From: an uncultured Clostridia bacterium | Lineage (GTDB): Bacteria > Bacillota > Clostridia > Oscillospirales > CAG-272 | Length of the DNA stretch: 64,000 nucleotides | Assembly (NCBI GenBank): GCA_944381095.1 | Contig: CALWJW010000001.1 | Coordinates: 1,987-65,986, forward strand | Direction: 5' to 3' | Shown: positions 9,506 to 19,748 of the stretch, one piece after another | How positions within the stretch are numbered: the stretch's first letter is position 1 | Layout: each line of letters begins with the position of its first letter | The notes under the pieces: model-generated | What the model was told of the DNA's origin: nothing | The model's input: only the letters and a program-made list of their open reading frames with translations | Database searches by the model: none | Made by a program: the position numbers and the translations under genes

Positions 9506-11728
9506 ATGGGAATAATCAACGTTCTTGAACCGCAGGTGGCTAACCTGATAGCTGCCGGAGAGGTCGTGGACAGACCGGCGTCAGTCGTAAAGGAACTGCT
9601 TGAAAACGCAATTGATTCCGGTGCCGATTCGGTGACTGTTGAGATAAGAAACGGCGGAATAAAGCTGATAAGAGTAAGCGATAACGGCTGCGGAATGGCA
9701 AGGGAAGACGTTCCGGTCTGCATAAAGCGGCACGCGACAAGCAAAATACATTCGGAAAGAGATCTTGACAGTATCGTAACTCTCGGATTCAGGGGTGAAG
9801 CGCTTGCGGCGATAGGTTCAGTATCAACACTGAGGATAATAACCAAACAGAAAAACTCATCAATGGGAACTGCGCTTACCTGTGTAAGCGGAGAGATAAA
9901 CAGTATAACTGAGACCGGGGCGCAGAACGGGACGACGGTAATAGTGGAAGATCTTTTTGCAAATATACCGGCAAGGCGTAAATTCCTGAAAAAAGACAGT
10001 TCAGAGGCTCTTGCGTGTTCTGCCGTTGTGGAAAAGATTGCTCTTTCAAGACCGGATCTTTCGGTAAAGTTCGTTTCAGACGGCAATCTCAGATTTTCCA
10101 CATCCGGTGACGGAAAACTGCTCAACGCCGTTTACGCGGTACTCGGAAGGGATTTTGCTCACAGATTGACAGAAGTATGCGGAAAGACCAACGGAATCGG
10201 GGTAACCGGCTACATAGGTACGCCGGAAAACGTCAGAGCAAACAGGAATTATCAGAATTTTTTCATAAACGGAAGATACGTCAAGAGCCGTACGGCAATG
10301 GCGGCGCTTGAACAGGCGTTCAGATCTTATATACCGTCAGACAAATTTCCGGTCTGCGTACTTGAAATAAAAATACATCCTGCTCTTGTTGACGTCAACG
10401 TACATCCGGCAAAGCTTGAAGTGAAATTTTCAAATGAGCAGGCGGTGTTTGACGCTGTATATTCTGCTGTGCTGACTACACTTGAAAACCTTAGTGAAAG
10501 ACCTAAGTTCGGACTGACCGGTGATAAAGCAAAAAGAGATAGTAAGGTCATCGGTGCCTTTGTCCCGCTTAAAGAATCCGGAAACGGAGCCGACAGCGAA
10601 AAAGGTGTGCAGATGACGCTTAAAGATTTTTCTCTCAGAGGTCAGGCGGTCAGCAGTGCTCATCTTTACGGCGTTAATGAGACAGAGTTGCCTCCGCATC
10701 TCAGGTTTTCACAGGCAAAAAAGGATGATATACCACTTCCGCTTTCGGTTGACAATTCAATAATTGATACAATAACTTCGTCCGGCAGCGAGCTGATCGA
10801 AGCAGATAAAATGATAAAAAAAGTCAGACTCAGCGTGCCTGAAACCGGAATAACGCCGCAGAATACAGACGAATGCAATAATGAAAAAGAGGAAAAGTCA
10901 GATCCCGGTAACCCGGAAAAACCGACTGAAAATACAGAACTTACGTACCGTGCGGCAGAAATTACAGAAACACCGCACATTCCGGCAGAAAGTGCGGCAG
11001 TGAAATCCGGCGCAAATGAGGAAAAAAAGAACGTAAGTCCGGAGAAAAGCGGACTTTATTATTCTGATGGAGAAGTCGGAAGCGCGAATGATACAACATT
11101 AAACAAAGAGGGCGTACAAGCGCATTCAGACCCGGTAAATGAACCCGTAATACCGGAATACCGTATTCTGGGTGAAATTTTCAATTCTTATGTGCTGGTG
11201 GAAACAGAAGGCAAACTGCTGATGATAGATAAGCATGCCGCACATGAGAGAATACTTTTTGAAGATATGAGAAAAAACATCACAGGGTCGGCAGAAAGTC
11301 AGATGCTTCTGGTGCCGCTGAACGTGAAGCTCTCAGAGGAAGAATCTGCGGCGGCGGATGAATACGGTGAAAAAATAAAGGCCATGGGTTACATCTACGA
11401 CATTTCTGACGGTGAGTGCAAAGTAAGCGGGATACCCTCCGGACTCAGCGCCGACGAGGCCGAAACACTTCTGGTTACGGTCCTCGGCAAACTTGCCGAC
11501 GGCACCGGAAATGTGAGTGTGACGGGAAAACTGTTTTTTGAGCAAGCCCTTTATCAGGCATCATGCAAGGCGGCAATCAAAGCGGGAAGAATTTACGGCG
11601 AATCTCACATAAAGTGGATATGCGACAGGCTTTTGTCGGACGAAAGTATAATGTTTTGTCCTCACGGAAGACCGGTGGCTTTTGAAATTTCACAGGATGA
11701 GATAGAACACAGATTCAAAAGAAAATAA
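9506..11728 (+). CDS. mutL: DNA mismatch repair endonuclease MutL
   Basis: 740 aa with a GHKL N-domain (IAAGEVVDRPASVVKELLENAIDSGA), a long low-complexity linker, and the C-terminal endonuclease motif DKHAAHERILFE. Confidence 0.95.
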   Translation: MGIINVLEPQVANLIAAGEVVDRPASVVKELLENAIDSGADSVTVEIRNGGIKLIRVSDNGCGMAREDVPVCIKRHATSKIHSERDLDSIVTLGFRGEALAAIGSVSTLRIITKQKNSSMGTALTCVSGEINSITETGAQNGTTVIVEDLFANIPARRKFLKKDSSEALACSAVVEKIALSRPDLSVKFVSDGNLRFSTSGDGKLLNAVYAVLGRDFAHRLTEVCGKTNGIGVTGYIGTPENVRANRNYQNFFINGRYVKSRTAMAALEQAFRSYIPSDKFPVCVLEIKIHPALVDVNVHPAKLEVKFSNEQAVFDAVYSAVLTTLENLSERPKFGLTGDKAKRDSKVIGAFVPLKESGNGADSEKGVQMTLKDFSLRGQAVSSAHLYGVNETELPPHLRFSQAKKDDIPLPLSVDNSIIDTITSSGSELIEADKMIKKVRLSVPETGITPQNTDECNNEKEEKSDPGNPEKPTENTELTYRAAEITETPHIPAESAAVKSGANEEKKNVSPEKSGLYYSDGEVGSANDTTLNKEGVQAHSDPVNEPVIPEYRILGEIFNSYVLVETEGKLLMIDKHAAHERILFEDMRKNITGSAESQMLLVPLNVKLSEEESAAADEYGEKIKAMGYIYDISDGECKVSGIPSGLSADEAETLLVTVLGKLADGTGNVSVTGKLFFEQALYQASCKAAIKAGRIYGESHIKWICDRLLSDESIMFCPHGRPVAFEISQDEIEHRFKRK

Positions 11729-12898
<1,170 letters not shown>

Positions 12899-13136
12899 TC
12901 CGAACCTTAAATCGGAAAGTGCCGGTAAATGCTAAGGTCAATTTTTTAACTGAAAAATCTGATTCTTATTCTGAAAATCTGATAACAATCCGAATTTTCG
13001 GAAGTATTTGCACAAGCATAAAAAACAAATTCTGGAACATTCAGAATTTTGAAGAAAGATTTACACTGGTTAAAAAATAAATTCTGATAAAAGTCTGAAT
13101 TTTCGGAAAGTATTCACCAAAATACGAAAAATAAAT

Positions 13137-13184
13137 ACTGACGGAAAACGCGGAATACGTTTAAATCTGTCAGTGTTTTCTTTT
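13137..13184 (+). terminator. putative intrinsic terminator ~240 nt after tgt
   Basis: ACTGACGG (13137-13144) pairs with CTGTCAGT (13167-13174). The loop holds an inner hairpin AAACG/CGTTT. GTTTTCTTTT follows. Confidence 0.5.
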
Positions 13185-13294
13185 ATCAGTCGCGTACTTC
13201 GGGGGATGACGGCTTTGCCAAATCTGAAAGCAGTAAAAAGTTCGGCACTGTCGTTTCCTATGCTTTTGACCGGATACGACGGCGTTGTTGCCGT

Positions 13295-13336
13295 GGAAAA
13301 AACACAGGGGGTATTGCTCCGTCGGCAATACCCCCT
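13295..13336 (-). terminator. strong intrinsic terminator on the minus strand, ~230 nt downstream of hpf
   Basis: A 12-bp perfect stem AGGGGGTATTGC / GCAATACCCCCT (13306-13336). On the minus strand it is followed by TGTGTTTTTTCC. Confidence 0.65.
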
Positions 13337-13564
13337 ACTTCCGTGAGCTACGTGCCTATCGGCAGCAGCCTCATTTACATTTTATAATCAATCAGTTATT
13401 CTTCTATAAAACCACCTCGTTTTTTCGCTTATTTAATGATATGTTCTGATTTTTCTATACTCATCACCTCACACATTTGAATTTATTTGTTTTCTCTCTG
13501 TGTTGCTTACCTCCTGTTTTTTTTATTTTAAGCCCTGTATCTGAGGGCATTACTGAAATCATTA

Positions 13565-14113
13565 TTATTGGATTTTCGGTATTATCAGTCCGTAATTACC
13601 TTCCTTTCTCTGATAAACTACATTTATGTTCATAGTGTCCATATTCAGGAAAACGAAAAACTGATGACCGAGCATGTTCATTTGCAGAACCGCTTCGTCA
13701 ACTGACATAGGTTTCAGTACGAACTCCTTTATGCGTACCGGAACCTCGGATTCCATAGACGAAACAACCGGTACCTCCGCCGGTTCGTCCGCGGGAATTT
13801 CTTTCAGGAACACTCCGTCCCTTATTCTTTTACCGAGTCGTGTTTTGTTTTTTCTGATCTGTCTTTCGATCGAGTCCATAACAGAGTCGAGAGCGTTCTG
13901 GAAAGTGGAATCTTCTTCTTCGCCCCGGAACATCAGTCCCGAACTGCTGATCGTCACTTCAAGTATTTCATTTCCGTTTTTTCTTTTCCGCATAGTAACA
14001 TGTGCTGTGGCGTCATCTTTGAAAAACTTGTCATACTTTGAAAGTTTTCGGTCGGCGAGCTCATAGAAGTCTTTTGGCACGTCCATCTGTCTTCCTACAA
14101 TTGTAATCTTCAT
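13565..14113 (-). CDS. hpf: ribosome hibernation promoting factor, long form
   Basis: This is ORF 13565..14161 with the start moved to ATG 14113 (MKITIVGRQMDVP...), which follows AAAGGTGGG. It has an N-terminal YfiA/RaiA domain and a C-terminal dimerisation domain (FVFLNMDTMNINVVYQRKEGNYGLI). Confidence 0.9.
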   Translation of the reverse strand: MKITIVGRQMDVPKDFYELADRKLSKYDKFFKDDATAHVTMRKRKNGNEILEVTISSSGLMFRGEEEDSTFQNALDSVMDSIERQIRKNKTRLGKRIRDGVFLKEIPADEPAEVPVVSSMESEVPVRIKEFVLKPMSVDEAVLQMNMLGHQFFVFLNMDTMNINVVYQRKEGNYGLIIPKIQ

Positions 14114-14165
14114 GTCATCCCACCTTTTCGATATATTATCAGGGGTTTTCCCTTCTGACAATTAG

Positions 14166-14194
14166 AGTATAGCATCTCGGAGAAGTAATTTCAA
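14166..14194 (-). promoter_or_regulatory. candidate hpf promoter
   Basis: On the minus strand: TTGAAA, a 17-nt spacer, TATACT. Confidence 0.5.
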
Positions 14195-14253
14195 TGTATA
14201 TTTTGTGAATAATTAACAAATTCGATTGTTACAATTTATTTAATTTATGCGTA

Positions 14254-14282
14254 TTGACAATTTATTGACTCTGTGATATAAT
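14254..14282 (+). promoter_or_regulatory. full-consensus orphan promoter pointing away from hpf
   Basis: TTGACA (14254-14259), a 17-nt spacer, TGaTATAAT (14274-14282). No plausible CDS lies downstream on this strand. Confidence 0.6.
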
Positions 14283-14287
14283 GAATA

Positions 14288-14336
14288 CAATAACGCCGCA
14301 ACTGTGTCCGGATGCGGCGTTATTGTTGTTGATTTT
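14288..14336. terminator. 13-14-bp GC-rich hairpin with T-rich tail (terminator-like)
   Basis: CAATAACGCCGCA (14288-14300), a 12-nt loop, TGCGGCGTTATTG (14313-14325), then TTGTTGATTTT on the plus strand. The tail on the minus strand (TATTCATTATAT) is poorer. Confidence 0.55.
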
Positions 14337-14534
14337 AAGTAAAATTTCTGCTTCGGGAGTGACAACAAGGATAAAATATAACGGGAAGGTAAGCAATAAA
14401 AATTATACCGTTAAGGCAGCCTATTTTAAACAAAGTAAAATGACCGTGCTGTTTATGACATCTCTGTAAAAAAGAGAATTGATGATTTAAATTGCTTTAA
14501 AAATTGTGTCAAAGAAAACTTATACGGGATATGT

Positions 14535-14855
14535 TCAAGGGAGAAAATTCAGGATCATTTCGGTCACAAAGACCGCTATACAGGAAAAAGCCGCAACGGT
14601 GATAAGTTTTTTTCCGAGAACGGTAAGAATAACAGCAACTGCAAAAGCGACAGCAGCGGAAATGACAGAAGATGTTGAAAAGAAAACCACCGGCACGGTC
14701 ATTACTGTGAGTACCGAAAACGGGATGTAGTAGAGAAAAGACCGAATAAACCTGTTGCGTATCTGTTTTTTTATCAAAAGCATAGGAATAAGTCTTATGA
14801 GATAAGTGACTGAGGCCATTACGGCAAGATATTTTATAAAAACTCCGAAGCTCAT
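14535..14855 (-). CDS. azlD: branched-chain amino acid transporter small subunit AzlD
   Basis: 106-aa, 3-4 TM protein. Its start overlaps the stop of the upstream AzlC-like gene by 4 nt (ATGA). Confidence 0.75.
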   Translation of the reverse strand: MSFGVFIKYLAVMASVTYLIRLIPMLLIKKQIRNRFIRSFLYYIPFSVLTVMTVPVVFFSTSSVISAAVAFAVAVILTVLGKKLITVAAFSCIAVFVTEMILNFLP

Positions 14856-15589
14856 TTCAGTTCTACCTCCGCGCAGTCGGTATCAGCAACGTCCCTGACG
14901 GGGAAAACAAGAGCGCAGATAAGGCTTACGGTAACCGAAACGATAATTATACGCATTCCTTCGCTCATATCGCTGACGACCGGCATGAAGTATATAATAC
15001 AGCTGAGTATTACCGAAATGAGAACGCAGAAGCGCACAGAAACGTCGGACTTCGCTTCCGGTAGGACTATGGCGATGAACATTGCATAGATAGCGCAACC
15101 GAGTGCGGATATGACCTGCTCCGGGAGAATGTTTCCGGCGACGGCTCCGGCAACGGTTCCGATGCTCCATCCGAGATACGGGAGAAGCGCCAGCCCGAAC
15201 ATAAAGCTTTTGCTTACAAATCCTTTTTTTGAGGTTGCGACAGCGAAAATTTCGTCTGTGTTGCAGAAAGCAAAAACAAATCTGTACACAGGACTGATTT
15301 TGCTGTCGAATTTCTGGGAAAGAGAGACAGACATCAGCGCATATCTCAGATTTATCACCGCCTGTGAAAGAGCAAGTTCCGAAAGTGAGCCGAGACTTGC
15401 GAAGATAGGAACGGCGGCAAACTGCCCGGCAGAAGTAAGATTGAACATGGAGACAAGGAGCGATTCGACCGGAGTCAACCCGGCTTCCACGGCGTAAATG
15501 CCAAAAACAAAGGCAACGGAAATATATCCGAGGCAGATAGGAAGACCTGCGGAAATTCCGGAGGAAAATTCCGCGTTCTTGATTTTCAT
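14852..15589 (-). CDS. azlC: AzlC family branched-chain amino acid permease subunit
   Basis: This is ORF 14852..15622 with the start moved to ATG 15589 (MKIKNAEFSSGI...), which follows AAAGGA. It is polytopic, with the AzlC-like GYISVAFVFG region. Confidence 0.8.
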   Translation of the reverse strand: MKIKNAEFSSGISAGLPICLGYISVAFVFGIYAVEAGLTPVESLLVSMFNLTSAGQFAAVPIFASLGSLSELALSQAVINLRYALMSVSLSQKFDSKISPVYRFVFAFCNTDEIFAVATSKKGFVSKSFMFGLALLPYLGWSIGTVAGAVAGNILPEQVISALGCAIYAMFIAIVLPEAKSDVSVRFCVLISVILSCIIYFMPVVSDMSEGMRIIIVSVTVSLICALVFPVRDVADTDCAEVELK

Positions 15590-15839
15590 ATCAGAGGATC
15601 CTTTCATATATGTATCGTGCAAGTGTGTAAATAAGTAAAGTCGGCATGAGTTTTATAATAAACATTTAAAAGTAATTATATCACTTCGGAGACCGAAAGT
15701 CAATATTTTATTTTTGCTGAGTTTTGCGTAAATGTGAAAACGGTATTGAAATTCCGCGGAAAAGGTGGTAAAATAATACGGAAAAACAGTTTGAGCGAAA
15801 AATAATAATTCTGACGTGAGGTAAGATAAGGAGTGTTAT

Positions 15840-16340
15840 ATGAAAATAAAACCTTTTGAAAAAACGGATTATGATAATCTTTATAGCTTCATGGAACCTC
15901 TTTGGAAGGAAACTTACGGGAAAATTTTACCCGAAAAACAGATAGACTTTCTTCTCGGTCATTATTTTTCCGCAGATGCCGTTAAGGAATTTCTCGGTAA
16001 AGGATACAGGTATTTCAGACTCGAAGAAGATGGAAAGCTCTGCGGAGTTACGGTAATATGTGACGGCAGCGACGGAAGCATTTATCTTGACAAGCTTTAT
16101 CTTGCGGAAGACTGTCGCGGAAAAGGCTACGCTGCCGAAGTTTTCTCTTACCTGCTTGACAGCGGAAAAGATATAACGCTGAATGTAAATCAGAAGAACG
16201 CCAGGGCAATAAAATGCTATACCAAAAACGGTTTCACGGTGGAAAGGGAAGAAGAGATAGTGCTTGAAGACGGGATGATAAACAAAGATTATGTTATGAG
16301 ACTCAAAGCTGAAAATTTTAAAGGAAACGAAAAGGAGTGA
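15840..16340 (+). CDS. GNAT family N-acetyltransferase
   Basis: 166 aa with the acetyl-CoA motif CRGKGYAAEV and the SD TAAGGAG. Confidence 0.8.
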   Translation: MKIKPFEKTDYDNLYSFMEPLWKETYGKILPEKQIDFLLGHYFSADAVKEFLGKGYRYFRLEEDGKLCGVTVICDGSDGSIYLDKLYLAEDCRGKGYAAEVFSYLLDSGKDITLNVNQKNARAIKCYTKNGFTVEREEEIVLEDGMINKDYVMRLKAENFKGNEKE

Positions 16341-16361
16341 CCGTATCGGTCACTCCTTTTG
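16331..16361 (+). terminator. intrinsic terminator of the GNAT gene
   Basis: AAAGGAGTGACC / GGTCACTCCTTT stem spanning the stop codon, followed by a T-run. Confidence 0.7.
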
Positions 16362-16438
16362 ATCATGCTGATTTTCGGAGTTATATTACAGTTTGTGCTT
16401 GGCAGTATCACAAAGATACCGAAAGCCTATCGGTTTTT

Positions 16439-17641
16439 TCAGAAAAACAGTTTTACTCCGTTTTCTTTCAGTGCGGATTGAAGATAAGTGACATCGAGTA
16501 AGTCAAAGTCAGAGGAAATCGCCGCAGCAAGTCCGGCAGCCTGACCGGTGACGGCGCAGTCGGGTATCACCCGGGTGATATCCCACATTCTGTCGTTTAC
16601 CGAAATACATCTGCCGGCTGTGATAAGATTTTTGACGTTGTTTCCGTAAAGGCAGGAGAAAGGAATGCTGAAACACAGACCTTTTTTCCGCCAGTCGGAA
16701 ACAATACCGATGCTGTCGCTGAAATTTTCAAAAGGTCGGTCGTCTCCGAGGACGGTCTTGCCGACAAGACAGGCGGTCATCCTGACCTGAGGAACTGTCG
16801 GGATGGTGACCGGTAAAAGGTCTTCTGCTCCTTTTTGCCTTCTGCTCAATATGTCGGAAAGAATTTTTGCTCTTGAATTGCAAACAAATTCAGATAGCAC
16901 AGAAGCATCGGCTCCCTGATAATACCTTCCGTTTTCAAGCAGGTTATCAGAAAATTCCTTTGTCTTTTTCTCGTCGGTTACATCCGCAAATCCAAGCATA
17001 TTAAGCATATATTTTCCGCCTGAAATGTAGTAGTACCACGCTGCAAGAAGGTTGCCTTTGCTGTGATTACGAATGGTTTCTCCGGAAAAACGGCAGATGT
17101 CAGCGTCGCCCGTTGCGTCGACAACCGACTTCCTTACTTTCACTGCGGATCTTCCTGATTTGTTTTCAATAATGACATGAGATATTTTGCCTTCACGGCA
17201 GGAAACGCCGCAGGCGGAAGTTCCGTACAGAATTTTTACTCCCTCGTCGAGAAGCAGGCGTTCAGACGCGATTGCGAACAGCTGAGCGTTGAATCTTGCC
17301 TGATAGCGTCCCGACTGTGCGCGGACAGAAGCCGGGCAATCTTTTTTCCAGACTTCCGGGAGATCGATTTCAGCCCCGTATTTTACCGATAACTTAATCA
17401 GCTCTTCGGCAAGTCCGAAGCTTACCTGATTTCCCAGTCCGTCGCAGAGCGGCAGAAATATTGTAACCAGTCCCGATGTGGCAAGTCCACCCGGTAAAAA
17501 GGATTTTTCGAGCAGCAGGACTTCAGCCCCTGCTCTTTTTGCAGAAAGGGCGGCGGCTATTCCGGCAACACCGCCTCCGCAGACGCACACGTCACATTCT
17601 GACGAAACGTCAAGAATATTGTTTTCGGATATTTTTTCCAT
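16439..17641 (-). CDS. FAD-dependent oxidoreductase
   Basis: This is ORF 16439..17836 with the start moved to ATG 17641 (MEKISENN...), 5 nt after GGAGG. The dinucleotide-binding motif VCVCGGGVAGIAAALSAKRAGAEVLLLEK comes right after that start. Confidence 0.75.
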   Translation of the reverse strand: MEKISENNILDVSSECDVCVCGGGVAGIAAALSAKRAGAEVLLLEKSFLPGGLATSGLVTIFLPLCDGLGNQVSFGLAEELIKLSVKYGAEIDLPEVWKKDCPASVRAQSGRYQARFNAQLFAIASERLLLDEGVKILYGTSACGVSCREGKISHVIIENKSGRSAVKVRKSVVDATGDADICRFSGETIRNHSKGNLLAAWYYYISGGKYMLNMLGFADVTDEKKTKEFSDNLLENGRYYQGADASVLSEFVCNSRAKILSDILSRRQKGAEDLLPVTIPTVPQVRMTACLVGKTVLGDDRPFENFSDSIGIVSDWRKKGLCFSIPFSCLYGNNVKNLITAGRCISVNDRMWDITRVIPDCAVTGQAAGLAAAISSDFDLLDVTYLQSALKENGVKLFF

Positions 17642-17836
17642 AAAAACCTCCGTTTTACGTTTAGCCGGTGAAAAAAGACTGTCAGACTTGCAGGGCTTTT
17701 GCTCCGGCAGGGGTATTGTATCATTTAAATCCGTATATGTCAACGGACTTGAAAAATAAATTATCATCATTTTATATGCTGTTTGCGGCTTTAACCGAAA
17801 ATTTACATAATCCGTGACAATACTTGCTTTTTCCAC

Positions 17837-17865
17837 TTGATTTTTTTTCGTGTTTGGTGTAGAAT
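17837..17865 (+). promoter_or_regulatory. candidate fba promoter
   Basis: TTGATT, a 17-nt spacer, TAGAAT. Confidence 0.5.
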
Positions 17866-17906
17866 AGAAGCAAATATATAAACTGAAAGACTGAGGAGAA
17901 TTTGTT

Positions 17907-18770
17907 ATGTTGGTATCGGCAAAAGAAATGCTTGTAAAAGCAAAAGAAGGTAAGTACGCGGTAGGTCAGTTCAATATTAACAACCTTGAATGGACCAAAG
18001 CGATACTCAGCACGGCGCAGGAGCTTTCTTCCCCTGTGATACTCGGAGTTTCCGAGGGAGCGGGAAAGTATATGTGCGGATATAAAACCGTGGTAGGAAT
18101 GGTCAACGGAATGCTGGAAGAGCTTTCGATAACAGTGCCGGTAGCGCTTCATCTTGACCACGGAACATATGAGGGTGCACTCAAATGTATCGAGGCGGGA
18201 TTTTCGTCTGTAATGTTTGACGGCTCTCATTATCCGATAGCTGAGAATATCGAAAAGACCAAAACACTTGTTGCGATATGCAACAGCAAAGGTCTTTCAA
18301 TAGAAGCCGAAGTCGGAGCAATAGGCGGCGAGGAAGACGGGGTCATAGGAAACGGAGAGTGCGCAGACCCTGAGGAGTGCAAGATGATAGCGGACCTCGG
18401 AGTGACGATGCTTGCGGCAGGCATAGGAAACATTCACGGAAAATATCCGGCAAACTGGCCCGGTCTTTCGTTTGACACGCTTGCGGCTGTAAGCGAAAAG
18501 GTCGGCAAAATGCCGCTTGTTCTTCACGGAGGAACAGGTATTCCCGAGGACATGATAAAGAAAGCGATCTCGCTGGGAGTTTCCAAAATCAATGTAAACA
18601 CAGAGTGCCAGCTGGCTTTCCAGGCGGCAACAAGAGCCTATATTGAAGCCGGAAAGGACCTCCAGGGAAAAGGATTTGACCCCAGAAAGCTGCTTGCTCC
18701 CGGAACAGAGGCCATAAAAGCAACCGTAAAGGAAAAGATGCAGCTTTTCGGTTCTGTCGGAAAAGCGTAA
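17907..18770 (+). CDS. fba: class II fructose-1,6-bisphosphate aldolase
   Basis: 287 aa with VPVALHLDHG, MFDGSH and LVLHGGTGIP. The SD is GAGGAG. Confidence 0.9.
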   Translation: MLVSAKEMLVKAKEGKYAVGQFNINNLEWTKAILSTAQELSSPVILGVSEGAGKYMCGYKTVVGMVNGMLEELSITVPVALHLDHGTYEGALKCIEAGFSSVMFDGSHYPIAENIEKTKTLVAICNSKGLSIEAEVGAIGGEEDGVIGNGECADPEECKMIADLGVTMLAAGIGNIHGKYPANWPGLSFDTLAAVSEKVGKMPLVLHGGTGIPEDMIKKAISLGVSKINVNTECQLAFQAATRAYIEAGKDLQGKGFDPRKLLAPGTEAIKATVKEKMQLFGSVGKA

Positions 18771-19133
18771 GATTCAGATACCTAAATACCCACCGGAAAA
18801 GGATAACGGCGGCGAAGCAATGTGGTCTTGGTTAGGGTGAAGGTATGCGCTTTGCTGTTTTCTGAACAGCTGGACTACAATATTCAGAGACAGCAGGATA
18901 ATATTGAAGTTAATGTGAAAGGACTGATTTGCGGCATTCTCCGGATCTGTACAGTCCTGAACCGGTCAAACGGCCTGTTCGGTGTTGTGCGGATGTCGGA
19001 AAGCTCAGGGAGGTCCTTTCGGTTTTTTCTGACTTTCTGAAAAAAACTTAATAAGAGTGTAACAAGTTTTGTGATTTAATTTACCGTATACCGAAGACAA
19101 TGACTTGGTCAAATATGGAAACAGGCAGGGAAT

Positions 19134-19727
19134 ATGATAAATATCGTTTACTGTGTTTGCGGACAAAGTGAAATCCCCGACGGTATTTCAGAAGAACGCA
19201 AAAGAAAAATAGAGGATACCGGAAATAAGTCGTTAAGAGAACAAATGATAGGTGCGGCAAAAGTTCTGAAAACAGGTTTCGGGCTTTACGGAATAAACGA
19301 GCGGGAAGTCATTTACGTAAAAAACGACTTCGGCAAGCCGTATGCGCTTGATTCCCCGGAAGTATATTTTTCGCTGTCTCATACAGACGGATTTGCCGTT
19401 GCAGCTTTCGGCGGCGCTGAACTCGGGTTGGACTGTGAGAGATCTGACAGACAAATACCCGATAAAGTAATTGGCAAATATTTCACAGCAGAAGAGCAAA
19501 AGGCGTACGGAAATGAGAGTATCCGGCTTTGGACATTGCTTGAAAGCTACGGAAAATTTACGGGTAGGGGTTTAGTCAGAGAGAAGAACAGGGATTTTCA
19601 CATTCCTTATTTTAAGTCAGAATACTATGACGGCAGTATTTTTTTCAGGTTTATCAGGCTTTGCGGGTTTGATGTAACAGTTTGCGGACCGGTCAAGGAT
19701 GAAATCAGGCTTGTTAAAACGAAATAA
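19134..19727 (+). CDS. 4'-phosphopantetheinyl transferase (Sfp-type)
   Basis: 197 aa with FGKPY, FSLSHTDG, GLDCE and WTLLESYGKFTG, which are PPTase superfamily motifs. Confidence 0.7.
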   Translation: MINIVYCVCGQSEIPDGISEERKRKIEDTGNKSLREQMIGAAKVLKTGFGLYGINEREVIYVKNDFGKPYALDSPEVYFSLSHTDGFAVAAFGGAELGLDCERSDRQIPDKVIGKYFTAEEQKAYGNESIRLWTLLESYGKFTGRGLVREKNRDFHIPYFKSEYYDGSIFFRFIRLCGFDVTVCGPVKDEIRLVKTK

Positions 19728-19748
19728 ACGAAATAAATAAAAAAAGTG

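Noticed and set aside
7297-10125. Long antisense or alternative-frame ORFs inside mutS/mutL (7297..7881, 7676..8092, 7908..8300, 8143..8556, 9400..10125). Similar ORFs lie inside dnaK (24962..25822), GH92 (31499..32359), the GH78-like gene, the ATPase (61532..61993, 61938..62471) and elsewhere.
   Set aside because: They overlap genes with unmistakable conserved motifs on the other strand or frame, lack SD sequences, and have low-complexity or Cys/Arg/Ser-rich composition typical of shadow ORFs.
10500-11150. The ~210-aa low-complexity acidic/Ser/Thr/Pro-rich segment in MutL, considered as a possible insertion or mobile domain.
   Set aside because: MutL interdomain linkers are known to be long, disordered and highly variable. 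The flanking ATPase and endonuclease domains are intact and in frame.
14281-14730. ORFs 14281..14469 (+) and 14506..14730 (+).
   Set aside because: The first starts inside the -10 box and reads through the terminator hairpin. The second is antisense to azlD. Neither has an SD.
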